A stretch of 64,000 nt of DNA from Eledone cirrhosa (GCA_964016885.1 OZ024742.1:223696001-223760000); one strand, 5' to 3'. Positions 14,251 to 25,650 are shown, numbered from the stretch's first letter. The notes: generated from the sequence alone by a model not told the origin. Numbers and translations: made by a program.

Positions 14251-14821
14251 TCATATTTAGATATCTTCTGCTAAATTATTACTGGGTGTTAAGATTGAAA
14301 ATCTATTTTTTTATGTTTATTTACTCTTTTACTAGTTTCGGTCATTAAACTGTGATCATGAAGTGATTTAGTCAATCATATCATCCCCAGTACTTACTTT
14401 TTTAAGTCTGGTACTTATTTTATCAATTTCTTTTGTCACACTACTAAGACTCACACAGATATATCTATATCTGGGAAGTGGTTGGCTTGGTGCCACAACA
14501 AAAAACCGCCAGTCCACACTGTAAAGTGGTCGTGTTGATGACATGACAAAAAGCACCCAGTCAACACTGTACAGCGGTCATTTTGGTGCCACAATAAAAA
14601 ATACCCACTCCACATTGTAAAGGTGGTTGGTGTTATGAAGGGCATCCAGCCATAGAAACTAGGCCAGAAACAGTTCTGTATGAATGAGCAAGACACGGTC
14701 ATCTGATCTGACTTGCCTCACAATGGGACAACTCGTCTAACCCATGCTGTGTGGAAAAATGGCCGTTAAATGGTGATGATGATGACACATACACACATGC
14801 ATACATACATATATATATGTG

Positions 14822-16105
14822 TCATCATCATCATCATCATCATCATCATCGATTAACGTCCATCTTCCACTCTAGCATGGGTTGATGAGTCCTATTTTAA
14901 GGCAAGTTGTGTCAGGTGACCATGTCTCGCTCAAATAGGAATGTTTCTGGCTGGTTTTCTATGGCTGGATGCCCTTCCTAGTGCTAACTACATTTACAGT
15001 GTCGACTGGGTGCTTTTCGCTGTGTCTTTTACACATCCACTTTACAGTGTGGACTGGGTGCTTTTTGCTGTGTCTTTTACACATCCACTTTACAGTGTGG
15101 GTTGGGTGCTTTTTGCTGTGTCTTTTACACATCCACTTTACAGTGTGGACTGGCTGCTTTTCGCTGTGTCTTTTACACATCCACTTTACAGTGTGGACTG
15201 GGTGCTTTTTGCTGTGTCTTTTACACATCCACTTTACAGTGTGGACTGGGTGCTTTTTGCTGTGTCTTTTACACATCCACTTTACAGTGTCGACTGGGTG
15301 CTTTTTGCTGTGTCTTTTACACATCCACTTTACAGTGTGGGTTGGGTGCTTTTTGCTGTGTCTTTTACACATCCACTTTACAGTGTGGACTGGGTGCTTT
15401 TTGCTGTGTCTTTTACACATCCACTTTACAGTGTGGGTTGGGTGCTTTTTGCTGTGTCTTTTACACATCCACTTTACAGTGTGGGTTGGGTGCTTTTTGC
15501 TGTGTCTTTTACACATCCACTTTACAGCGTGGGTTGGGTGCTTTTTGCTGTCTTTTACACGTCCACTTTACAGCGTGGGTTGGGTGCTTTTTGCTGTGTC
15601 TTTTACACATCCACTTTACAGCGTGGGTTGGGTGCTTTTTGCTGTCTTTTACACGTCCACTTTACAGCGTGGGTTGGGTGCTTTTTGCTGTCTTTTACAC
15701 GTCCACTTTACAGTGTGGGTTGGGTGCTTTTTGCTGTGTCTTTTACACGTCCACTTTACAGCGTGGGTTGGGTGCTTTTTGCTGTCTTTTACACGTCCAC
15801 TTTACAGTGTGGGTTGGGTGCTTTTTGCTGTGTCTTTTACACATCCACTTTACAGCGTGGGTTGGGTGCTTTTTGCTGTCTTTTACACGTCCACTTTACA
15901 GCGTGGGTTGGGTGCTTTTTGCTGTCTTTTACACGTCCACTTTACAGTGTGGGCTGGGTGCTTTTTGCTGTGTCTTTTACATGTCCACTTTACAGTGTGG
16001 GCTGGGCGAAGAGGGTTTGGGATATGTTAGTAGGGGGGGGGGGGGGGGGGGCATACTGTACATATGCTTCAGCTTGTGCTCATGGGAAGTCGGATCTTCT
16101 GTTAC
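14822..16105 (-). mobile_element. RTE-tail non-autonomous element with an expanded internal array (shorter relatives at 2480-2820, 14500-14785, 16355-16700, 37660-38000, 51990-52350, 62200-62645)
   Basis: (CAT)n-ttaacgtcc tail, ggatgcccttcct module, 48-bp units, and a shared 5' segment (gcttcagc..gt.c.catggga.gtcgg). Confidence 0.85.
14990..16005. repeat. Tandem array of 22 units of 48/46 bp (CCACTTTACAGTGTGGACTGGGTGCTTTTTGCTGTGTCTTTTACACAT)
   Basis: TTTACAG counted 22 times from 14993 to 15989. Spacing is 48 x11, then 46,48,46,46,48,46,48,46,46,48. Confidence 0.97.
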
Positions 16106-16839
16106 ATATAATGTGTAGTAGTTTGCTTGAAGCATTGTTTATTTTTTTTCATTTCAGTTTTGTTAAGATTAAACATACACATGCGTGTAAACATGTATTG
16201 AGCTGGTAGGACATCTATGTGTGTATATGTAAGGATGTATGTGTGTGTAAGCATGTATATGACATATATGTGTGTACGTAAATGTATCCATAGATGTGTA
16301 TGAATGTACATGTTTGTGTAAATATGTAAGTGCATATGTATGTGTATAAATGAATACAGAAGACCCGACCACCCACGGGTACAAGCCAAAGCTGAAGACA
16401 ATATGCCCCCACACCCTCCCACTGCAAAGTGGTCATGTAGGCACCACGGCAAAAAAGCACCCAGCCCACACTGTAAACTGGACGTGTAGGCACCATGGAA
16501 AAAAGCACCCAGCACTCACTGTAAATGAGGTTGGTGTTAGGAAGGGCATCCAGCTGTAGAAATCAAGCCAGAATCAGTTCCCGTATGAGCAAGACAAGGT
16601 CAGCCGACTGGACACTGCCCACAACAGGACAACTCGTCTAACCCATGCTAGCATGGAAGAACGAACGTAAAACGATGATGATGATGATGATGATGATGAT
16701 ATGTGTGTGTACATAAATGTATCCATAGGTGTACATATATGTGAATTGAGTGTAAAGTATGTATGTATGTATAAAAGATTGTACTGGCAATCAGGTGTTT
16801 GACTTGTGTGTGTGTGAATGTGTCTGAAGTATGGATCAA

Positions 16840-17460
16840 GCTAGATCAGCCACTGTGCCTTGTTTCTTTCCATGCTATTATTAATGGGAGGCTCTTGTTG
16901 CCTAATCAGAAGGGCTTCCTTGATTCTCAGCATGCCTATACTGCGTTCCATAACCAGGATGGTGGTAATTATTTTTGTATCCTTCTTCTTGTATTTAAGG
17001 ATATGTTTGTGGAATGATGAGGAATTTGTAGTGATGTGCTCTTTTATTCTGAGGTGCAGGGGTCGAATAGTGCTGTTGATGTAGATATAGAATTGACTGC
17101 ACTTGCTACATTCTAACCTGTACACCACATAGATATGCAGACAATGGTTAGGGCTGTGAATGGAGTAATTGCTTAGGGTGCACGTGTTCTTGTTGAGGGG
17201 TCTGTCTTTTGGATAGGCACCTATGTCGGGAAAGTCTCAAGAGAGACAGTCAGATGTCAAGGCCTTCTCTCCGGATAGCTCTGAGTATAATGCTAGTTGT
17301 TTTCTCACTGAGGTATGGAATCCTGAAGAAGCAACTGTTGGCTGAGTTGATCTATCTTGGGGTTCCACCATTGGGTGGAGAAAGCCTAGGTCGCCATTGG
17401 TTTCTAACACACTGTGAAACTACCTGGTGTGGGTGGCTCTACTTAAGGTATCACTGCATC
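16840..17460 (-). mobile_element. Penelope-like element remnant (GIY-YIG endonuclease)
   Basis: VYRLECSKCSQFYI...TIRPLHLRIKEH...KEALLIRQQEPPIN is the PLE GIY-YIG signature. Confidence 0.88.
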
Positions 17461-18904
17461 TTTTGTGTATATGAGTGATTTCACTTTTGATGTACCCTCT
17501 TTTAGAGCTGTTGGGGGGGGGGGGGGCAGATTTATGGTGGACAAAAACACACACATATGTCATTACATTTACACACATTCATATGCACTTAGATGTTTAC
17601 ACACATATGTCATATACATGCTTACACACACACATCCTTGCATATACACACATCAGTACATAGATGTTCTACCAGCCCAACACGTGCATTTTCATGCATG
17701 CATATGCATAACCTTAATACAACCCAAATTTAAAAAATAAACAGCAGCCAGAATGACAATGTCTGACTTCTCAAAAGCCTCCTCCCACTATGGAACCCCT
17801 TTGGTAAATAAAAAAAAAAAAATTAGGGGACAAATAAATTGCCGAGATAACTATCAATCATTCTTTTCTTTTATTTTCCTTCTCTCACTTTTTGCTTTCT
17901 ACCTCACCTCTCTCAATTCACTTGCTGCCTTGCTATTTAAAACCTGCTTACATTGTACAGCTTCCTAAACATACCCATTTTTCATATATGTCTAACCCAT
18001 GCTGATGTGGAAAAATGGACGTTAAACCATATATATATATGTACATATATATATATAAATTTGAGCATGTGTTGGTTAATCACCGACACTTCAGTATGCA
18101 GAATAGAGCACTTGACTAAGTGCACAAGTGGGTCTGTTTACTCCAGAGTATATTTATAAACATGAAATATAAGTCAACAAGTTAAAATCAACTTTGTTTA
18201 TTCATAGTCACTGTTATATATATATTGGTGATAACCGTTATGCAACAGCTATGACCTCATCAGACAGCTAGAATTTGAACAGAAAAAAACAGAAAAACAT
18301 AAAGATGAAATAACAGAAGTAAGCTTTATTTCATCTTTATATATATATATATATATATATACAACTGGCTTCTGCATTGGTAAACCAATGTGTTGCACAG
18401 CAGGATTGAACCTAGAACCATATGGTTACAAAATAAATTCTTTAACAACAGAGCCTTAGCTTTATTTATTTATTTATTTATTTATTTATTTGTTTGTTTG
18501 TTTGTTTGTTTGTTTGTTTGTTTGTTTATTTATTATAATGAATATATAGATGTCCAATATGTCTATTAGTTTCTGTCATCATCATTATCATCATCATTGT
18601 CATTATCATTAAGTCAAAGAAATTATCAGACACATGATCTTAGATTTGATTTGACCTGAGATGAAGGGTTGAGATGAAAACAATTATATTGTTGAGGAGA
18701 AAAAACACTTGATCTCAGATCAATTCAAATGTCAAACAAGTAGAACACATCATCATCATTTTATATCTGCTTTCTATGCTTGCATAAACCGAACGGGTTA
18801 TCACATTTTATTGTTGTCAAATTCTCAATAAGGCCAAAGGGACCGCTTTACTTTACTCCAAAATACAAATTATTCATTTTGTTTTTGTTCTTATGATATT
18901 TCAG

Positions 18905-19014
18905 ATTTACACCTGATAACCAAACTGGAAAATATCTGTATTCGATGAATGGTATAAAGGCAACTAAATCAAGTATCTGGAAGATTTCAAAGACAAATGA
19001 ACCAACTGAACTAA
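18905..19014 (+). CDS. Gene A exon (FTPDNQTGKYLYSMNGIKATKSSIWKISKTNEPTEL)
   Basis: tttcag acceptor, phase 2 to 1. GxYxxSxNGIxA...W is the transcobalamin beta-domain core. Donor GTACTT is weak. Confidence 0.85.
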
Positions 19015-19239
19015 GTACTTATCTCTTTCCTACCTTTCTTTTCTTTGTTCTTTCTTTTTTACTTTCATTCTTTCTTTATTTCCTTCCTTCTTTTTATTTT
19101 AGTTTGTTTATTTCTCATTTTTTCTTATACTCATCATGAGTTACTTTTTGTGACCATATTGCACAGCCAAATACCCTTCCTGGCACCAACTCTTTTTGTT
19201 ATCTCTCACAATACACAGGGACACAATGTACCTTTTTAC

Positions 19240-19535
19240 AAACTAGATATATACAGAGAAGATGACCTTAAATCTGGATATATACAGAGAAGATGGATTT
19301 AAAACTAGATATATATACAGAGAAGATGGACTTAAAACTGGATATATACAGGAGAGATGGACTTAAAATGCTTGCTGTTATTGTATTTCTCACAGTGGCA
19401 AATTTGGTAGACTTAATCCACCACCCAGTTCAAAACCACCACTTGGTCCCTGAGTAGTAGACTTAATCCATCACCCAGTTTACTACCACTACCTAGTCCC
19501 TTGGTGGTAGACTTAATCCATCACTACTTGGTCCA
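19240..19535. repeat. Two adjacent minisatellites: ~32 bp x4 and ~48 bp x3
   Basis: aaact(a/g)gatatatacagagaagatg repeats, then gtagacttaatcca.cac repeats. Confidence 0.85.
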
Positions 19536-20193
19536 CGGGGTGTTTTAGTGATTATTTTGTTGCAAGCATTCAGACTGAGTCACCAATTAAAGGAATAAAA
19601 TATACTTCTGTATACCCAGGTATATCACTACACTGCAGTGTACCCCTAACAATACACTACTACACTGCACTCCTTTCAGTACACTGCAGTGTACAGCATA
19701 AAGTACACTATTATACTACAGTGTACATCCTACAGTACACTGAAGTATACCCAGGCACCCCTTACTACACTGAAATGTATCCTTTACAATACACTGCAGT
19801 GTACACACACATATTCATACATACACACTCACACACACACACACTAACACATATGCATAGACATATATGCACACACAAATTTGATTTTTTTTTTAAATTC
19901 AAGTCATTCTAAGTAATGTTTCCAAATTATCTGACTAACTACACATGTGTCTCCCTCCTCCTGAGAAACTTTACCCACCTATTATCTTTCTATTCTTACG
20001 CTTCTCTATCTTTCTATTTCTTCTCTCTCTCATTCTGTCTTCCGATGAAGGACTAATGTCTGAAACGCCAAGACTCTTTTCCATACTCTGTCAAGTGTTA
20101 AATGTTTCATCATTTTATTATATTGTTTGTCCTCTTGTGTTGTTTTTAGTTATTAATTTTTGTCAGAATTATTTATACATTTATCTCTTTCAG

Positions 20194-20252
20194 GTTTGGA
20201 CTACAAGCCCAATGATGGTGACTACATCATTATTAATAACATCAGTACTTAA
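20194..20252 (+). CDS. Gene A terminal coding exon (SLDYKPNDGDYIIINNIST*)
   Basis: ctctttcag acceptor, phase 1, DYxPxDGDxI motif typical of the DUF4430 C-terminus, TAA stop. Confidence 0.87.
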
Positions 20253-20361
20253 CTGATTACATATCAGAAAAAGGAATTAAAAATTGTAAAACAAACAAAA
20301 AATATATATATTTCCACGAGGAAATATATTTTTTTTGTCTTCTTATTTTTTTTAAAATTCC

Positions 20362-20367
20362 AATAAA
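20362..20367 (+). terminator. Candidate polyadenylation signal of gene A
   Basis: AATAAA 110 bp after the stop, followed by T-rich sequence. Confidence 0.55.
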
Positions 20368-21172
20368 TATCTTGGGCTCATCCGAATACTTTTCTTCCAC
20401 TGTTTTCTTCATTTGCTTTTACTGTTTATAATGTTCATTTATTGTTGAAGAGAAATATGCAATAATGGAAGTATTTTTTTAAAGAAAGACTGAAAGAAAA
20501 AAGAAAAGAAAAATTAAATAAGGAAAAAAGTGTAAAGGGGAGGAAGGGACAAAATATATACCCTTGGTTGGCTGGTATATTTTAGCTACATCCCATGGGC
20601 AAGTTGACAAAAACTTGATGTGGAGGCTGTGATATCTGTTGCATCAGCTTTTCCACTTCAGAGGGTTCATTCCTCAGATGGAGAAAAATGGCAGCAGTTC
20701 AGAGACCAAGGACACCAGAGGTCTTGATTGCAGCCAGATTGAAGATTGAAATGGAAGCAATCCATCAAGTTCTGGTATTTGGATATTTTGCACTCCTGTG
20801 CATTACAAGTGGCAGTGTCTGGGTTTGTGGCCAAAATGGCATCATTGAAGGTGGAGAATGTGTCTCAGCATGTAGCATCCCATATTTGTACACACACTGT
20901 CAAAGATGGGTATTGACCAATCAGCACGCACACACCAAGAGACACATACTCACCCATGCATGTACTCACGTACATACAGACATATACTTACATGCAGATA
21001 CACACATATCCAAGAAAAATTAATGTGCATGTATTCATATACACATGCACACACATATATACACACATGTACATATGTAGAAAAAAATATACACATATAC
21101 ATACACATATACGCACATACATATATATATATACACACACTCACACACACACATATGTGTGTGTGTATGTGT

Positions 21173-21225
<53 letters not shown>

Positions 21226-21228
<3 letters not shown>

Positions 21229-22092
21229 GGTGTCCATAAAGTCTCTTTACAATTTGAAAAATATATTACAAAGGCAATTAATGAGATATCTTAATCAGAT
21301 TTGTTCTATATTCTCAGTAGTTATCAAAGATTTTAAACAAACTGCATTTGCTCATTTTTGGTATTCTGAAAGAGGTACTGTTAAATGAACCCCTAAAAAA
21401 TGTCTACTCCTCAAGAAAAGGCACAACGTGTGTCATGGTTTATTGAAACCAAAATCGGATATACAGACTCAGCGAAAGTACAGAACAACGTATGGAAGGG
21501 ATCCACCTTGTGGTGTGGGATTTTGTGCAATTGAATCATTGGTCCATCTTTCTTCAATAAGACATCAATTACTGCAAATGTTTACCATGACCTTTTGACT
21601 GAACATGTGGCACCACAACTAGATGACCTTCAACCAACAATCCTTTTCCAGCAAGATGCTGCACCATTACATTGGGGACTGCATGTTCGTTGGTTCCTAA
21701 ATCAAACATTTCCAGACCGGTGGATTGGAAGGGATGGCCCAATTCCCCGACCACCACGTTCACCAGATATCACTCTCCTGGACTTCTTTCTATGGGTTAT
21801 GTTAAAGATATCATGTATCGAACAAAGATACGGGATATCACTGATCTAAAGCAAAAGATCACTGCCATTGCCCCCATTGATGAGACTGTGCTACAGCAAA
21901 CATGGCAAGAAATCAAGTACCATCTTGATGTGCTTCGTGCAACTAATGGTGCCCATATAGAAGTGCATTAAATTAGTTTTTAAAAAACTTCAATATCTAC
22001 TCCTCATTTCGTAACAATTTTCACATATTTGTCTTTTCATTTGCTTTTGTAATAATTTTTTTAAATTGTAAAGAGACTTTATGGACACCCTG
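21226..22092 (+). mobile_element. Internally deleted Tc1/mariner DD41D (rosa/Visitor-type) transposon
   Basis: TIRs CAGGGTGTCCATAAAGTCTCTTTACAATTT at both ends, TA flanks. FQQDAAPLH...WIGR...PPRSPDITLLDFFLW with 41 residues between the 2nd and 3rd Asp. Frameshifted. Confidence 0.92.
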
Positions 22093-22145
22093 TATATATA
22101 TATATATATACATATATATGTATGTAAATATACATATATACATAT

Positions 22146-22530
22146 GGAGGCACATGGCTTAGTGGTTAGAGCATTGGGCTTGCAATCGAAAGGTTGTGAG
22201 TTCAATTCTCGGACCGGGTGATGTGTTGTTTCCTTGAGCAAAACACTTTATTTCATATTGCTCCAGTTTACTCAGCTGTAGAAATAAGATGATAGGACTG
22301 GGGTCCATATCATTCCACTGCAAAGTGGTCATGGAGGTGCCACGGCAAAAAAGCACCCAGCCCACACTGTAAATGAGGTTGGTGTTAGAAAGGGCATCCA
22401 GCTGTAGAAATCAAGCCAGAATCAGTTCCCATATGAGCAAGACAAGGTCAGCACCGGAGACTGCCCACAACAGGACAACCCGTCTAACCCATGCTAGCGT
22501 GGAAGAACGGACGTAAAACGGTGATGATGA
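22146..22530 (+). mobile_element. tRNA-headed SINE family 2 with a CORE-like domain and RTE-type tail
   Basis: A-box TGGCTTAGTGG, B-box GAGTTCAATTC, CCTTGAGCAA(G/A)ACACTT, 48-bp unit, AAGGGCATCCAGC module, (GAT)n tail. Confidence 0.88.
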
Positions 22531-23048
22531 GGATATACATATATGTACACACATACACACACACACACTGATTCTTATTTTAAATATATATATATATATA
22601 TACAACACATACACATGTGTATATATATCATCATCATCACCACCACCCTTTTATATCCATTTCTCCATGCTGGCATGGGTTAGATGAGTTATCCTGTTTT
22701 GAGCAATGCCAGGTCAGGCTGACCATGTCTTGCTCATACAGAACTGATTTTGGCTTGGTTTCTATAGCTGGATCCCCTATCTAACGGCAACCTCATATAC
22801 AGTGAGTATTGGGTGCTTTTTGTCGTGGCACCTACACAAACACTTTACTGTGTGGGTTGGGTGCTTTTTGTCATGTCGCCTACATATATGTATACATATG
22901 TATATGTATATATGTATATATATATATTATAAAGAATTGTGTTGCATCATCTCACATTTATTAGCATATTAACGAGTGCTCAACTGGTATACCGCATACA
23001 GACGCATATATATATATGCAAGCGTGGAAGATGGACGTTAAACGATGA

Positions 23049-23107
<59 letters not shown>

Positions 23108-23660
23108 AAAAAGTGAGTCCTTCATCAGTGACCCTCCAACCGTCCTCGGCATTTCATCGCTTTAAGGGCCATATACCTCAGGTTGGTGCGAACAACGGCT
23201 AAAAAAAGTCGTTGGGACACGTAAATAAAGGGGGACACTAGAGTAACAACAAAAAGGTTTAAGCAACGGAAAGTGAGTAGAAATAGACAAGTCCCAGATC
23301 TCTATGAATATAAACTCTGTGAAATCGTGAACAAGAGACGAAAGACCATCGAACCTGGTAGAAATGTGAGCAAGGAAAGAATTTCGCCCAAGTTTGACGG
23401 GGGGGGAAAAAAGAGAGAGAGAGAGAAAGAAAAAGGAGAGAAGAGGAAGAAGAAGAAGAAGAAGAAGAAGAAGAGGATAAGGTGGTCTGGTCTACGAATT
23501 CGGTAAACGCAAGTTTTGTGAAGTCGCAGACGAAAGAGAGAGAGAAAAAAATTTCATACCAGCTCGGTCAAGACTGCGCTAGAAAAGAATTACACACAGG
23601 TCAAACTTGAAGGAGGAGGAGGAAAGAGGAGGAGGAGAGGTAGTGACAGAGAATGAGTGA

Positions 23661-23709
<49 letters not shown>

Positions 23710-23766
23710 TCTGTATGCGGTATACCGGTTGAGCACTCATTAATATGCTAATAAATGTGAGATGAT

Positions 23767-24113
23767 GGAGGCACATGGCTTAGTGGTTAGAGCATTGGCC
23801 TTGCAATCAAAAGGTTGTGAGTTCAATTCTCAGACCGGGTGATGTGTTGTTTCCTTGAGCAAGACACTTTATTTCACATTGCTCCAGTTTACTCAGCTGT
23901 AGAAATGAGATGATAGGGACTGGGGTCCCTATCATTCCACTGCAAAGTGGTCGTGGAGGTGCCACGGCAAAAAAGCACCCAGCACTCACTGTAAATGAGG
24001 TTGGTGTTAGGAAGGGCATCCAGCTGTAGAAATCAAGCCAGAATCAGTTCCCGTCCCACCATTGCAAGCAGAGAAAAAGCAGACGTAAAATGAAATGATG
24101 ATGATGATGATGA
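23767..24113 (+). mobile_element. SINE family 2 copy with an alternative 3' tail
   Basis: Near-identical to 52410-52736 and 28750-29055. Confidence 0.88.
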
Positions 24114-24118
24114 TACAT

Positions 24119-24542
24119 ATAGGAACGAGTAGAACCGCGACGGCTGAGCTGAAGCCGTTTCGACGGCTAATTCTGAGGCCAGAATTAGCCGTCGAAACGG
24201 CTTGAGCTCAGCCGTCGGGGTCCTACTCGTTCCTATTACCCACTCTACTACTCTAAGTATTGAGTACTTTGGTGCGTTATGGTCCATCTGGTTCCTTACC
24301 ACATTTCCTTCCTTATATACATATATATATATATATATATACATATAACGAAGGAAATGTGGTAAGGAACCAGGTAGACCATAATGCACCAAAGTACTCA
24401 ATACTTAGGGTAGTAGAGTGGGTAATAGGAACAAGTAAGACCCCGACGGCTGAGCTCAAGCCGTTTCGACGGCTAATTCTTGGTCCAGAATTAGCCGTCG
24501 AAACGGCTTGAGCTCAGCCGTCGGGGTCTTACTTGTTCCTAT
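24119..24542. repeat. Nested palindrome: ~200-bp inverted arms, each ending in a ~118-bp hairpin; probably Penelope pLTR-derived
   Basis: Direct base-by-base complementarity, with (TA)n at the centre (~24315-24345). Confidence 0.9.
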
Positions 24543-24549
24543 ATATACA

Positions 24550-24612
<63 letters not shown>

Positions 24613-25045
24613 GGAAAAAATGAAACGAAATTTCATTTCCCACTCTTAGTACGGCTGTTACTTAAATATAAGTATGTACACGTACATACATATATGTATA
24701 CAGACGTACAGTAGTATGTATATATACATACATGCACACATATATATATGTATGTATGGATTCACCGAACATTTATTATAATGCTCGGTGTGTTTGTAAA
24801 CAAACATCCCGTATTAAGCCGTAGTGTCTAGCAACCATCGTAGCTCATTTATTCAACGCTGACAAAGGAACGCTGTACTAGTTTCAAGCTTATTAGCTAT
24901 CGTCGGCAATGTATACCTTCCTGCCAGATTGTTGAACGTATATACTTACCTTATGCATATTAACGGCTGAGTAGCCCAATTTGCATATCGCGTGGGTTAA
25001 TCGGCCGGGTGCACCGAAAACGATAAACAGAAAAAATGAAACGAA

Positions 25046-25650
25046 AGATTTGTAGGTTATTAGGTGATTGGCAGGTTTCTGGAAGTTTGTGTTGCAAATA
25101 GTCAATGTACCTGCATCACAAAATTCAAGAAGTCTCACTCCTTCTTCATTTCTTGAACCGTAACCGTGCCCACCATGTACCCCAGTGTAACCATCCTGGA
25201 GCTGTCCAACATGACCATTGAAGTCTCCTGCTAGCATAACGATGTCTCCATCCTCTGTCATTGCGGTTGTTTGTAAAAGTTGCTCATAAAAGCAGTCTTT
25301 CTCATCTTTGCCTAGGCCTGCTTGGGAAGCATAGGCAGAGATGATTGTCAGTAGTCTCCTGCCTACAACTAATCTAAGCTTAATTATTCGATTACTAACT
25401 CGAACTACCTCTATTTGATCCATTTCTCAGCCAGGAAAATGCCTACTCCCCTAACCCATCATCCTTACCTACCCAGAATAGCTTATAGCTAAGATGTTTG
25501 CCTACGACTAGTCTCGCAGAGGCACCTCTCCATCTCACCTCTTTCACGCAGCACACATCCACCTGTCTTCTCTCCAGCAGCTCCGCTATTTCAGCAGATC
25601 TACCTCTGAGAGTGCCAACATTAAGTGTTGCAACTCTGAGATGTGACGTC
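25046..25650 (-). mobile_element. RTE endonuclease fragment of a different subfamily, frameshifted
   Basis: LRVATLNVGTLRG, VKEVRW, ISAYA, AGDFNGHVG motifs split over ORFs 25443 and 24893. Confidence 0.88.

Noticed and set aside
14941-16209. Long overlapping ORFs (422, 353, 338 aa) or a CRISPR-like array
   Set aside because: The ORFs come from a stop-free 48-bp tandem unit inside a retroposon. There are no unique spacers, no cas genes, and the context is eukaryotic.
20906-21388. YIYI/THTH-rich ORFs here and at ~29000, ~46000 and ~47300
   Set aside because: These are translations of (TA)n and (CA)n microsatellites.
22146-22220. tRNA gene
   Set aside because: A and B boxes are present, but the sequence continues into a SINE body in several dispersed copies and has no poly-T terminator.
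24119-24542. Endogenous parvovirus/densovirus ITRs or hairpin telomeres
   Set aside because: No NS1/Rep or capsid sequence lies between or near the arms, and the loops are not clear flip/flop isomers. The hammerhead half-motif favours a Penelope origin.
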